From: Eremomyces bilateralis CBS 781.70
Taxonomy: Eukaryota
NCBI GenBank assembly: GCA_010015585.1
Contig: ML975187.1
Strand: one strand, 5' to 3'
DNA length: 64,000 nucleotides
Below the pieces are notes generated by a model. The model was not told where the DNA came from, searched no databases, and was given only the letters and a program-made list of their open reading frames with translations. The translations under genes and the position numbers were made by a program. This document shows, in pieces, positions 1 to 14,000 of the stretch (its first letter is position 1; each line of letters begins with the position of its first letter).

Positions 1-393
1 CGTAGATAGACCGGTAGATTAGAATAGACGTTGGGAAATTTAGTAACGTTTAATAGAGAAACCGCATAGAGACTGTAGATTAGATTCATCAGTTACAAGG
101 CAAAACGTCTGGAATTCCGCCTGTTATGTGTGAATTAACCGTCCAAAACCGGATTAGCGTAATCATCGGTTGATTACCAGATATTTTAGTAGCCCCCTGC
201 GCCCTGCTGTAGTCTTCGCCCCCAAGATTAGAGAAAACCCCTCTCCGTTCCTCCAAATGCATCCATGATTCAATATCTCTCCTTCTAGTCATATAATCTC
301 TCTTATCCCCCGGTTCAGTCTGCCGCCATCGTTCCTTTTGACCCTCACTAAAATCGATACCCCCTCATACCCCTCTCTACGACATCTATCACA

Positions 394-1265
394 ATGGCTC
401 CTCCTCCACCGCCCTTGGGACAGCGGCTTCTAGGCCACCTCCGACCTATGATACTCATCCTCCTCATGGCCCAAGGTATCTCCCACCTCCCTCCCCACCT
501 CCCCCCCACTAACCTTACCCAGCCTGGTCCGTCACCATCCTCACCCTCCTCCTCAAGCTCGACCTCCGCACCCTCTTCACCTACGACACCCTCCGCCACA
601 AAGCCTTCGGCCGCATGTGGGCCAAATACGGCGACCTCATGTCGCGCGAGATGCCGCTCAACACCGCCGCCCTCCTCGCTACCGTGCGCGGTACCGTCCT
701 CGACCTCGGCCCCGGCAGCGGCTCGCAGCTGTACCAGTTCACCCCAGGGCAAATCGACGTGGCGTACGGGGTGGAGCCGGCGGTAGACCTACACGTACTA
801 CTACGCGCGGCAGCGGAGAAGCGGGGGTTCGAGGGTCGGTATAAGGTGGTGACGGCGGGAGCGGAGCCGGAGTCGTTGGTGCCGGCATTGGCGAGGGAGG
901 GGGTGATTGGGGAAGGGGGGGCGGAGGTATTCGATGAGATTGTGTGCGTGAGGGTGCTGTGCGGCGTGCCGAGACAGGAGGAGGTGGTGAAGGGGTTGTA
1001 TCGGTTGTTGAAGCCGGGGGGAAGGTTGGTGGTGTCGGAGCATGTGGTGAACCCCTGGCGGTTGAAGGAGGGGAGTATCGTGGCGCGCGGCCTGCAAATT
1101 GGATATCATCTTTTGGGTTGGAAGTTTTGGGCGGGGGGTTGTTGCATGGATCGCGATACGGAGAAATCGTTGAAGGAGGCGGGGAGTTGGTCGAAGATTG
1201 CGTTGGAGCGCTCGCAGTCATGGGCGGTGATTCCGCATATCGTTGGATACCTGGTCAAGGCATGA
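394..1265 (+). CDS. Class I SAM-dependent methyltransferase (METTL7/Methyltransf_11-like), 2 exons
   Basis: ATG at 394; GT-AG intron 476-522 with ACTAAC branch point joins in frame to ORF 615-1265. Motifs VLDLGPGSG, GVEP, FDEIVCVRVLC, LLKPGGRLVVSEH. Confidence 0.88.
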
Positions 1266-1527
1266 AGGGATCTTTATAAGATCAATGATAAATAAAACTG
1301 CGGAGATAGTTCAATTATATTGTATCACGCAGACTGCAGTGAAAGCTATACTCATCCTATAATGGACTACTTTTACCAGGAGTATGGATTGTTTTAACAG
1401 GAGCAACCTGAGAATCAACCTCAATCCAATTGTGAAACCTCCAACATCGCACGTACAAAACAATCCCAAATACCGCTGAATAAACTTCTCATTCGGATTA
1501 TTCAAATTTGTCCAATAATCCGACGCA

Positions 1528-2670
1528 ATGTTACCTCCAGTAGATCCCCATGTTCTCGAGCAGAACCCGCATTTCGGTGCTCTGTATAAAGATTTGACGA
1601 CGACCAAGTTGAACCAAGATGGGACGACGATCAACCACAAAGACGAAGCCCGGCAAGCCGAAATACGAAGTGTAAGTAGGGTTTGCCAATCCTCTGCACC
1701 GAGTGATGACATCTATTCTATTGTCCATCTCGCTAACCCATCGGCAGCAACTCTTCGAAATCCGCGAGAGGTTGGCAAGGACCCGGATCCTTAGAGAAGC
1801 GCTGTTATCATTCGCATCCAAGAGCTCGGATCTACCCGATGAAGTGCGCTGAACAAATCTTGTTATTCGACTCGAAAAAGGGGTTTCTAACCTCCATCCT
1901 AGCTCCAAGAAGTCATCGTGCTGCTCTTATCCGAGTCCGAGAACGAGATCCGCATCCAAGCCGAAGAGCTCCTCCGGGATGACAAACAGTACTTCCTCGT
2001 CCGTCCCTTTCCCCAAACCAATAACGTCCTCAATCTAACACCTACAAGGAAAACATCGACCTCATAACCTCCACCCTTACCACCCACCTCGCCACCCTCG
2101 TCCCCCCTATCGCCGCCCTCCTCTCCCCCGAAGGTCCGTTTTATTCCCCCTTCCCCCCTCCTCACCTAACTAACCTCTACAGACCCCTCCATCCAAACCC
2201 TCACCACTCTACCACCACCCTCCACCCATCCCATCCCGCACCCCACCTCCCTCCCCCCTACCACTCTCCCCCTCGCCACCCACACCACCGCTCTCCAAAC
2301 CGCCCACACCACCCTCTTCCCCGCACTCATCACCCACCTCGAGCGGACGATCCACGGGCAGTCGGCGCGGCATGCGCGCGCCGAGGCGGAGCATTTGGGG
2401 TGCGTGGCGCGGGCGATGGAGTTGAAGGCAAGGGTGCTAGAGGGGGGGAGGGGGGATGCGGAGGTGGAGGAGGCGTTGAAGGCGTATGAGCGGCATTTGG
2501 GGCGGGTGGAGAGGGGGCTGGGGGGACGGGTGGAGGCGTTGAAGGGGGAGTTGGGGGGTTATGAAGGGAAGGGGATGAATGGGGTGGTAGAGAGGTATGT
2601 GGAGGTGGTGAGGGAGGTGGAGGAGGTGAGGAGGGAGGTGGAGGAGTTGGAAGGGAGGGTGAAGGGGTGA
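1528..2670 (+). CDS. Coiled-coil protein, probably augmin subunit HAUS4-like (5 exons)
   Basis: Four GT-AG introns join MLPPVDPHVLEQNPHFGALYKDL... to ...LERTIHGQSARHARAEAEHL...ALKAYERHL...ELGGYEGKGMNGVVERYVEVVREVEEV. The C-terminal pattern resembles HAUS4 from memory; family name unverified. Confidence 0.55.
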
Positions 2671-2759
2671 TAGGAAGGGATCTGGAGGGTTGATATCAAA
2701 GAAGATCGATTGAAAGGGGTATCTTGGTCTATTATCGTACACGCGAAACAAAAAACCGG

Positions 2760-3999
2760 TCATGAGCCTCCTCCCGCCACCACCCTACCCCTTCCCCTCC
2801 GCTCCTCCCGCTCCATCTTCCTTAACTGATTCCCACTCATCCCCTCCTGCCCCCTCCCCTCCTTCCACGCCCTCACCCCCTCCTCACTCACATCATCCAA
2901 CACAAACCGCCCCACGACCCCATTCCTCCACCGCTGCACCAACCACCCCGCCGCCCCCTCCATATCCGCCTGCCCCCCCTTCACCAGCCGCCCTGTCCGC
3001 CGCGCCACCCCCTCCAGCAGCACCGCGACGTCGTTCGTCGGCGGCGAGTACTCCGCGTATAGCGACGGGTCGCGCAGGTTGAGTTGGTAGAGGAGATAGT
3101 CCGCCAACGTCTCCGATGGGACGATCCCGTCCTTCACACACCCACATAACGCGAGCTTCAACATCGCCGTCGCGTCGGGGACGTACGGGATGAATACCCC
3201 GGGCGTATCCAAGATATATATCCCCCCGCCCCCAAACTCCTCGACCCCCCCTTTTCTCTCGTACCCTCCTCTCTCCTTCTTCTCCCATCCCGCCTCCGCC
3301 ACCACCCCCCTCGGCCCCCCCTTCGGCATCTCCCCTCCGCCCCACACCTTCACCCCGGTCCCCACCTTCCGCGTCACACCCGGCTGGTCGCCCGTGCGCG
3401 CGGCTTTCCCCTTCCCGACGCCGACGCTGCGCAGCGCGTTGAGGAGGGAGGATTTGCCGACATTGGGCATGCCGACGATGAGGACGCGGGCGCCGGCGAT
3501 GGAGCGGGCGTGCGCGGTGGCGTGGGTGTGGATGGTGGAGAGGAGGGCACGGATGGAGGGGCGGGAGGTGGTGGTGGTGGGGAGGACGGGCGTAGGGTGG
3601 TGGAGGGTGCGGAGGAGTTGGTCGCGCTGGGAGATGTTAGTTGGTCGTCCGGAATGAATGGACGCGTGAGGCCATATGACTGGATATTGATAGGATATGA
3701 TTTCATAAGATGTAAGAAGCAAACCAACTCACCTCTCTCTCCACCTTGCCCCCGCCCCCAACCACCCCCAAATCCCGCTTCGTCAACACCACCACCCGCG
3801 CACGCTCCCCCAACGTCTCCTCGAACAGCGGGTTCGTCGACGTCAGCGGCACGCGGTAGTCACGGCACTCGACGATCAGGTCGATGGACGCGAGGAGGGT
3901 CTTCATCTTCGTGAGGCCCGCGGCGTGGTGGCCTAGGTAGTAGGAGCGGGGGAGTGAGAGGAGGGGTGGGAAGGTAGGGCGGGGGGTGAAGGGGGGCAT
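2760..3999 (-). CDS. MTG1: Mitochondrial ribosome-assembly GTPase (RbgA/YlqF family)
   Basis: YYLGHHAAGLTKM...IDLIVECRDYRVPLTSTNP, G4-like TKRD, G1 GMPNVGKSS, G2 PGVTR, G3 LDTPG in circularly permuted order; one intron at about 3635-3732. Confidence 0.92.
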
Positions 4000-5606
4000 A
4001 GTAGTGGTGGGTTGGGGGCGGGTAGAGTTGAGGGGTGTGGTAGAGGCTATTTGGGTGTAGGGACGGGGACATGGTGAGGCATTGAGAGAATTGAAAGATG
4101 TTGGAGATGGGAGGATGGGGTTAACATTGAAGGTCGAAGATAATATGCGGAATCCAAAAAGTTAGATGGACATTTTTCGAGATGTTCCTCGCGAATGGCA
4201 CGTGCGTCTATCGCAAGTACCTTGATGGGCTGTGGTTGTCCCCAGACTCCAGGGCATCAATAATTCAAGATCATCCATATATAAAAAGTCACTATTCAAT
4301 CACAGACAACAATGTTATGCTGAACTCATTCCCATTCAACACATTCCTCCGAATAATCAACCCTCCCCTTAACAACATACACCCATCATCGCTTATGGAC
4401 CGCTTATTTCCTATCCCATAATCTCATAATTCCATCCCCAGAAAACGCCATGCTCAACCTAATGAATATCCATACGCATATCACTATTTCAAATTTCGTG
4501 TGCCCAGAATCCTGTCCCAGAACCCGCTGAACCAAATCCACCCAAACCAAATCCATCTCGCCCGGAAGAGAAAACGATTCGTGATCGGACATATATACCA
4601 TCCCGCGCCAGCCCCGCCGTGTCACCGGTGAAACGACCGAGGAGAAAAAACGAGTGGAAAAAGAGCAAGTGGAGAGGAAGAGGAGGCAGAAACAAGGCAG
4701 AGAAAATCCGCCCGATGAAACGTCCGACTTACAAGCTCCGTATCCACGTCTGCGCGAACGATGAAAAACAGCTCATAGACCACATGAACATCTCGCTCTT
4801 TCCGCGCTCCGACGTCGATGTGGAGGTCGAAGTCAGAGATGAGGGAAGCGCGACGGGCGGAGGCGATGGCGAGAAAAACAACCTAAGGGGAAAAACAAAC
4901 TTTTGACGCATCGCCGCCGGATGGAGAGGAAACGCAAACACAATCGCCATCGCAAACGCATAGCAGAGAGCAGAAGCAGAAAAGCAGACGCAATTACAAC
5001 CAAGAAACCGAGGTGAAATGTTTCCATAATACAGCCGCCCGTCCCGTCCCTTTTCGTCCGCGACTTTTGCATCGTCCCCATCATCCCTTTTCTCACCGAC
5101 GGCGGAACGAAGTGAAGTAAAGCAAAGAATACAGAAAAAACCAAAACAAAACGCCATCATCCGCTATCCGCTAATTTTGTCGCTGTTACTTTTCTGCCGG
5201 GAGGTGATTTTTTTCAGTGTGTCGTGTCGTCAGGTTAGGATCGATGATTTGCTCCTTCCTTCCCCGGTACTTTTTCTTCCTCGTCAATCTGCATCGTCTA
5301 CGCGACCAACCATTCCGCTCCACGCATTCATTCATATATTCATAGAACCCTCAAGTGCCGGTGCCGTCACCGAATCGCAGTGCGCCAAGTCACCCAACCA
5401 ATGGCTGTCGCTCAGTGACCCAACAGCACCGCATCACGCCCCAACAAACCGCGAACGATGAGTAGAAAAGGTCCGCACCCCCATTCCCCAACCCATCTCC
5501 CCGCGAAAAGAAGTAATTCTGCACCGGATAAAGCAATGAAGCCCTCCGAAAGAATCAGATCGTGGTGTTCGTGTCCGCCATGCCGCAACCGACCGACCCG
5601 ACCACC

Positions 5607-8088
5607 TCACCCACGAATCGCCGTCGGCTGATGATCGCCGAAGAACCCCGAATGCATCCCATGCTGATGATACATCCCTGCAGGGCTTCCCGACCGTGAC
5701 CCGATTCCCAGGCCATGCATCGGTACGGGCGATCCGGAGCGGGCGAGGAACGACGGGGAGCTGCGCGATGGGGAGGTGGTGCTCGTTGGATAGGGGGGAT
5801 TGTTGGTCGGGGTGGTTGGGTCGGATTTGGGAGGGGAGCGGGAGTCGGAGGCGCCGTCGAAGGTGGGGGACATGTGGGGGGAGGGGGGCGAGTTACTGCC
5901 GGAGGATTGGGCGCTGGTGGGGGCGCTGTGATCAGAGTCGGAGGTGGGAGTGTCGATGGGGTCGGGGAGGTGGTGGGTGATGGCGGTGGGGGGGGTAGTG
6001 GTGACGGGAGAGGAGGTGGGAAGGGAGGAGGTAGGGACCGCGGGAACGGGTGCGATTGGTGCGGTGTTGGGAGAGGAGGGTTTGCCGGAGCCGAACTGTG
6101 GGGGAAGGTCAGTATCCTATCCGACAGGGGAGGCCTGGACGACGAGGAAGAGGACTGGAGAGGGGGGACGGTAGGTGAGTCCATGGGAAGGTAGATGAAG
6201 TCTCTCAATACATCCTCGTCGCGGGGGGTGTACGTACGAAGCAATATTTCTGGATCAACTCATTGTATTCGGCCGACTGAAGGTCCGGTTTCTCCGATGA
6301 CAGCGTGTCCGGCCGTCCACGTCCGCGTCCCCGGTCCGGTACCCCTCCCACCGCCTTCGTGTCGAGGATGCGACGTTGCTGCTCTGGAGATACCGACGAA
6401 GTCGGTGCTCCTTGGGTCGCTTTCCCTTTCGGTTGGATCCCGCTTCGATCCCCTATGGCCGACTGTGCATTCGACAATGCCGCCGATAAGCTTGCCGAGA
6501 AGTCATATCGGTTGGAGAAGCCGTGCTGCGAGGGGTTGGCACGTCGACGTGCATCGTCCGGGAGGAAACCAGCTTTTCGAGGCTTGCCCTTGAGTCGCAA
6601 CACCGCAGCATTCGGTGCGTCGTTGAAGGAACCGAATTCGGACATGTTATCAAACTTAGAACCGAAGTCATCGTCGATATTCCGTGCGGTAGGGAAGCTG
6701 TAGGGGCGTTGTGTGGTCGCCGAAGCAGGCGAATGGCGACTGCGAGGAATGGCACCAAGAGAGCCGGACACTGGAGCCCCCTTTTTGGCTTTGGACTTTG
6801 GAGGGGAAACCGGCTTGCGGGTGAAATCGATGGAATAGTTCATCTTGTTGTTGTTATCCCAGAACTCCTGATCATTGACGGTATACCGGATGCAGAGGAG
6901 CATGGTTTTCGATTCGAGATTGGCTTGGTCAGAGAGCTTGATGTTGAAGTTGAAGCGATCATACCCGTCGTCGTATTTTCGACGCACATCGTTGTTAAAC
7001 TCCGCGACGACCTCCGACGTGGTCTTCCAGTAGTCGAGAGTGAACCGGCAGACCACGAATTTGTTAAACGCGAGGTTTGCAACGGCGACCACACCGACTA
7101 GCATCTTGGAGTCGCTGGACAAGAAAATCTTTTCGCACCACACGGGTTGTGTTCGCCTCTCCATCGTATCCCGGGGCCAGTTCACCAGGCGGATCTCGTA
7201 CTCGTATGTTTTCGGTCGCGACCCCCCTTCCGAGAAAAACGGATATTCTGCATCGCTCTCGTACATCTCGACAGGCGATGAACCAGCACTGACTGCGATT
7301 GGACGATCGATTTGAAGGAAATGTCGGACCTGCTCAATATTATCGTTGAAGTGGACCGCTTTGGAGAAGGTGGGAGTGCCCGGCATGCTCGATGGACGCC
7401 GATGAGAAGCAGGCCTCAACGCCGGCTTGACCAGTTCACCAGACTTTTTGCGGATGAGCGGGGGCTTGACCGACATGTCTTCCTCGCTGTCGTCGGTGCT
7501 ATGGATCAGGGAGTCGGGGATGTTGGTGACCAAGCTGGAGAGGGCCAGTTCGCTCGATGACCGCGAATGAGAGATCTTCCGAGCCTCAGGAGTCAAGGCT
7601 GGTCTCGGTGGTCGTTTGACCGGCGATCCTGAGGGCGACTTTACGCTGCCATCAGTCCCGCGGTCCGGGGAGGGATCCCGACGCTGAGGAATGTCCGCAA
7701 GAGCATGATGAAGCTCGGCGAGACTCTTGAGGCCCCGTCGATCCTCCTCATCGGAGCTGTGTGGGTCCCCGGATGCCATGTTTGAGCGAATGAGCTTGCC
7801 ATTGGCAGCGGTTGGGCCGAGAGACCGGGTACCAGCTCTCGATGAGCTCGACCAGACCGACCCATTCATAGCTGCCTTATTTCCATCGTTGTGGTCGGAT
7901 ATGGAGGGGGTTCGTCGGTGTTTCTGGAGGTAGGAAGTCGAGGTGACGGATCGGGGGAGGTGTGGTCGCTTGTGCTGCTCCTGTGGCGACAGAGCGTCCG
8001 GAGAGATATAGGAGTTATTTCGGCTGATAGTGGGACTGTTGGATTTTGACGAGGAAGGCGATCGATGAGAAGGTGGAGTGTAAGGCAT
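5607..8088 (-). CDS. Protein phosphatase 1 glycogen-targeting regulatory subunit with CBM21 domain (Gac1/Gip2-like)
   Basis: Start MPYTPP at 8088; RKKSGELVKPALR, RVxF-type KAVHF, CBM21 motifs VANLAFNKFVVCRFTLDYWKT and EFWDNNNKMNY. Intron 6237-6096 gives KYCF|FGS and the protein ends PTAIRG*. Confidence 0.9.
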
Positions 8089-11000
8089 GTCCTCCACTTT
8101 ACACGTCGACAGGAGGATTATGATCGAAGTGGACCGGACAGCATTACAAAATGGATAATGCACGAAAAACCCGAGGTCCTGTCAAGAAGGGAGCAGTTAG
8201 CTTGCTGATTTTGGTGTATAGTGAGTAATAGGTGAGAAGGGAAAGGTCTGATGAGTGGGAGATCTCAGAGCAACGCCCGACCGACGTCATCACTAACTGA
8301 TCGAAAGATAATGAGTTTGAGCCAGTCCCAGCCGTGACAACCGATTCAAGCAATGTGTGCTCCTCAATTGGCCCGTGAAGACGGGTTTCATGAGGCCAAG
8401 TCCACCACCGAATGACAATCTCAACAACCACGCGTGGGGGTCGACTTCGAGGTCCAAGCTGGAACAACGGAGACGAGGCAATGCACACGGAGGACCAAGG
8501 CTGAGGCTAACAAGAATAATATGGGATACAGGAGTATAGGGTCGAAGGGAAGTGAGTGAGGTGTATACACACAGGCGATGCCTGGTGAGTCGCCGGAGTG
8601 TGTATCAGGGAAGCGGAACAGTGTGGAAGGAAAGAGCGATTCGATGTTGGTCATCAACGGCTCGATCGGACGAAGGAAGGAAGGTCGTACCTACCGGTGA
8701 TGAAGACAGAGACAGAGAAATAAATCTCTCCCGTGGTCGAAGGATGTCGTCGAAGGACTGACAAGGTAACCAGACCGAAAGACAGCAAGAGGTTGCTGTT
8801 CTATAACGGTGGGTGAGTGGTGATATGGTCGAACAATATATCGAACGGCAGCGGAGGCCTCGATTCCGGTGGAGGGCAAGTATTAATGTCGGGAGGAGAG
8901 AGCGGATACGTCGGGAGGGGAAGAAAGGAACTCAATCTTTCTTTGGATGACGAAGAGAAAGAGGGGCCTCGCTCGTATGATAATCTCGAGCAACCAAACC
9001 AGGATTGATACAGAGGAGAGGAGGAGGGAGGAGTAGTGGGTAAAGAGGAGTAGGTGGGATTCTTGAGGGCGGCGAGATTGGGTGAGAGTCGAGAGGCACA
9101 GAGGCGTCAGTGTGCAATGGCCCGGGAATTTTGGTGAGGATGATTGATGTCTTTTTGGTGGGTCTTTGAGGGGGCAAATAAGGCAATTCAGTGCATTCAC
9201 ACAATTGGTGAGGAGAACAAGGATGCGATCATCGATGGTCCAGGGCCTTTCCAGGGATGTTTAGGCGCTTGGCCGGTGCCGCTCGTTCTCTAAATCCTCA
9301 ACCATATCTCTCTCATGCCACCCGGGAGGCTAATTGATAATGCTACCAGTACCTGTTTCCCTTCTCCCAGGTTAGATAGACAGATACCGGATTAACTAGA
9401 TAAATGGATCATGCTACAAATCCGTGGCCGATCGTAAGATCGTCGACAAAATCTCTTCTTGGATCTGCCTTTTCTTTCGTAATGGTGCCTCAAATCCCCC
9501 GATTTTCGATTGAAGAGGAGAAGGTGCTCGTCTCGTGTAATGGTGACATTTGGACGACCGTTGAAAACGGGGAACTCAATGTCGGGTTCAGGGCAGCACA
9601 CGCGCACACACCATAAAAGTTGGTCTAGCCGTCTAGCCAGTGTCGGTGGTGGGAGACAGCGCGTGGGTCGAGACTTCTTCCTTCTTGTCTCTTCTATCTC
9701 AGTTCTCAGTTCTCATTTTCACCCTCTCTATTAGTTTCCTAGTGTCTGGCAGGGCTTAGAGCCCCCCTTGGCTGCCGTGTTCGCGTTGTTGGGTAAACGG
9801 GTTGCTGCAAGTGGCGTTCGAGGTCGGCGAAAGGAAAATACTTGGCGGGGGGCCCTGGACGCTCGTCAACTGCTGGGGCAGCGGTGGGCTGCGCTAAAAG
9901 AGGGGCTATTCCATCAAAGTTGGTGCTAGGATTACCGCCCGGTGGTAGGTATCATGGGAATGTTAACTTGCAGATGTGCGGCATTGGCAGGAATATGCAG
10001 AAGAGTGAGTCTGCATGAGTAGGTGCAATTTGCATCGATATTTGCATCGATTATGGGTAGGTATTGCTTGCTTGTTGACTTGGCTTACCTGTGCTCGAGT
10101 TGTGAGTAGTGACTTTTGTCGATGTGCCAATGTCAAAGGCGAAAGACGCAAGAAGACGCCGTCCGCAGCAGCGATGCTGCACCCAAGGGAGACGAGACCG
10201 AATTCAACGGGAACGGTCCAGTCTTCAACTGCAATTGATGAGTTTCCCACCAAGCGCAGGCCTCCCCTGGACCATACACCATTCCATGCCCAACAGTTCG
10301 AGCCCATCGCCAATGTTCCATCCGAATCCTTTGTCCTCGATACATCCACTACTCTAAAGATACAACTCTCGACATTCGGAAATCTAAATGTCACTACCCA
10401 TTTTCTGATCGAGGACAAAGTCAACAATGAACAAATACGATAATATCTGCAAAGTAGTCATCCCGCCCCATTCCGCCGCATCCTGCTCGCCCGCTATGAC
10501 CATTCCCAACTGAAACTCCCTTCTAAAAGCAATTGACATCCGCTTTTCCCGTCTGTAACGCGAAGAGGAAGTCTGATGACATGATCGTACGTCAAAACCA
10601 AAAATCCTTGGGGAACATTCCAACGCTTGGACTCTGCGCCTTGGGATCCCGTTTCATCCAAGTATCCATCCCACCCGGTCGAATCATCGCGTTCGATCCC
10701 ATCGTCCTAAAGTGATAAATGCACGAAATGATAGCAAGAATAGCCTACTGAGATCCAAAACGTCGTGGCTTGCCGATTCTATAGCCAATTCGCATCCCTA
10801 TCGGTATCTTAATCAATTCGTCATATGTATCGCACCATTCCCGCCAGGCCGCCACCCAGTCATTCCACATCGGCGTGGATCGTGAGCGGGTACAATCAGC
10901 CCATGTCGGTCGAATTCCCCGCCTATCTCAGATCACTCAACATCACCTAATAAATTAATATAAGGTACGGAATACGTAACTGATATCTACGTATCTCCAT

Positions 11001-14000
11001 CACCAGCCCCATCACCAACCGGATAAATCAACCCTCCCCAGTCCCCACCGCATCTCCGGACCATGTCCCTGAGCCGCAACCCCAAAGCCTATCACCAACT
11101 CAACCCAACGGAACCTCCGCTCGCTCCCGTTCCCAATTCCATCATTAATTCCTCAAATCAACACTTCAGTCTTCACCTTTACCTTCCCAATTCCATCCAT
11201 ACCCACCCATCCGCACCACCACGCCGTGTACCACCGCCCACCAACTGAAGCGGTCGTGTAACCGCCCCGCCGTGGGATCCCGGCGCTGGGCGTCCCGTGC
11301 GGAACACCGAACACGGGCGTCTGGCCGGTACCTATGGAGTAGGGAGTCGGAAATTGGGACGGGAGGGAGGGCGTCCTAGACCCTCTTTGCCGGTTAGTTT
11401 AGGCGGGCGGGCCGGGTGGGTCGGGGGCCTGGGGACGGGCGGTTGCTGGATCGGGGAGGTACCGTGGGTTTGGGGGCTCGTTTTGGTTGGTGAAGAAACG
11501 TCGGGGAGGGAATGGATAAACCGTAAAGGAGGTAGAGCTATTGATGCATTGTGCGATGCGGTGGAAGGGTGTGCTGAGATTCGCCCGAGAGGCGGAATGA
11601 GAGGAGTGGCGCGGCCTAAGGATTTTTGGATAGGCTAACCTATCGTGACTTTGTGATGATGGGGAGCCGTGACTGTAGAGCAGCTGAGCGACCTCTGCAG
11701 TATTCGTGCAAGACGATAATTAAGGTTGGGTTTATTTGACCATGTCCCGAATCTTTCATACGGATCTCTTCTCTCTTTCTGAATCCTCCAGTACCTAGCC
11801 AAATTGACCTCTACTCCGTTTCCATCTCGCAGCGCTTTCGCATCCCGAAAGAACCTCCTTCAGATCATCCCCAAGTACCAATATACGAGCAATACGGCGC
11901 TGCCCCCCCGTGCCTAAACCTGCAGTCATCACCCCGTACAAGTAAAGTCAAGCACATCACCTGCCCACTCGTACCCCGTCCCCCCATCTCCGTGTCCCAT
12001 CCTCATCTCTCCCAGCGCGGTGCACAAGTCACTATCCCTAATGCCGTGAGATCGCCATTCATTCCGTACACCTCCGCCGCATCACGACGTGCAGAAAAAC
12101 CTAACCTGCGATCGTGACAACCGATTCCAGAACCGACAAGACAAATGCATTCCTGCGATGACTGACGACTGATGACTGATGAGTGCGATCCGGTCGTGCT
12201 CGATCGCACCAACGCAACGAACTACTGAGCGCTACGCGCTTGTGATGGCTTGTCACTGGACCATGACGCGATGCGCCCACTGCGCGCGTCGTTCGGAATC
12301 CCGTCCAATCGACCATCGGCGCGGCGGGAACGGGAGTCGCCGATGATGTCATGTCGCTGCCCGCCGCAATTTCTGGCGTGGGATTTATGGGGACGAGGTT
12401 CTGGCTCGCGCCACAGTTCGTGATTCTGGAGTTCGAGAATCTGTTGAGCGTCGCCATGGTTTCAAACTTTCAATTGAATCCTCTTGATGAATCTTGCACA
12501 TCCACGATCAACAGCGCCAGATACCAGATCTCGAACTGATCTGTGCCTCGCCATTTCACCGCAATGAGGCGCAATCGCCCGCCATCTATCACGGATCTCG
12601 CCTCTCTGGTGTCTGGGTTCCTTCCTCCTCACTCTCAACCCTCAAGTCATTAGCCCTCAACCGAATTGAATTAAGTTAAGGCGTTCGCTACCTATTTTAG
12701 TGAGACGCCAGCGCTAAGGTACTACTCCACCCCGGCCCACTGTCCAGCCACCAAATCCCAATCCACATGGATAAATTCGACAATGGCACCAGCGAAATAA
12801 GCGAGCGGCGAAAGCGAGTTCGCCGTTCGGCCTTAGGGCGGTCCCACAGCGGCAGCCAAGCTGGGTGCGGTGCATGGATGATTTTTGCCAGTTGCACGAA
12901 CTGTCGCTGTTGATATCTGATAGGTAAATGTTAGAAGCGTTACATAACGTCGCGTTCGGACTTCAGCAGGTCAGGATTCGGCTCAAGGAATTCTTCAGAC
13001 AGGAGATGCGAGCGCTGGACGATTCAAAGAATTACCCGGCGGAGAAGTATTGGCTTTAGCCGCCTGTGCTCGTGAGGACCGCGCTGTAAAATGGATCCCG
13101 TATCCCGTTCCGTGTCTCACATTCTTCACCGCACCGTGATTCCCGTCCTCGTAAAAAGCAACATCTGGATGCCTCTCCTCACTTAGGTACTCAGTTATAT
13201 TGCCACCGCCCCCCACCACGTTTTGGAACGGGAAACAAGCGGTGACAAGAGCCGCGAACCAATGGCGTCCTCATCGAACTTCAGATTTGCTGGACGATAA
13301 GGCAAATAGGGATGGGGGAGGGGATGCCAATTTCCCATGATTGCTGACGTGCAGAATAAGAGGGCGCGGGGGCGGGGCATCCGATGGGGGACGATGCTGG
13401 GACGGGGCCGGCAGATTTGAGGTTGGGGAAGCTGACTAACTACTTCCATATTACCTTGAAATCCAGGCCGGCAGTCTTCGAACATCAAATATCGAGTGGT
13501 GTTGATGGATGGACAGAGCTGTCAGCCGTCAATGTCAGGTGTGATCGATCGCCGTTCTGTGCACCACCCATCGACACATCGACAAACGATCGGAGATGGT
13601 TCCTGATCTCCATCACCCTTCGCTACCTCCGAACCACGCCTGACAAAAAGCCGACCCTGAGATCGTCCAGATCTTCCGAGATGCGACCACCGCCGTGGTC
13701 GAAGGTCTGCTGAGGGTTTGGAGATATCGTTCGGATGCGTGACGGGTTGACGGTGACACCAATGCTGTGCTGACGCATGGCGCCTGGCAGGTGGTTGAGA
13801 TACCATACACGGGCTGTGGGGAAACCGGTTTGGGGAGGACGGTGCAGTCGGGTCGGTGATCACTGAATGCAGTGCGAGCAGTGCCCCAGGCCAGTCAGCC
13901 TTCAGGTCCACCGAATGCTAGAGAAGTATTGTATGAAGATTGAAGTGGGAGTTCTGCCCCGTCCAGCGTGCATCTTCGTGCATCTACAGACTCGCTACAC

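Noticed and set aside
1..250. TAG/TA-rich stretch as a RIP-mutated repeat
   Set aside because: Too short and cut by the window edge; no terminus or coding remnant.
2762..3914. Many long Pro- or Gly-rich overlapping/antisense ORFs (also at 5.5-6.2, 31-33, 43-44 and 48 kb)
   Set aside because: Shadow frames caused by extreme C/G skew suppressing stop codons over real genes.
12157..12184. (GATGACT)x4 imperfect tandem repeat as a functional array
   Set aside because: Short slippage-type repeat with no contextual support.
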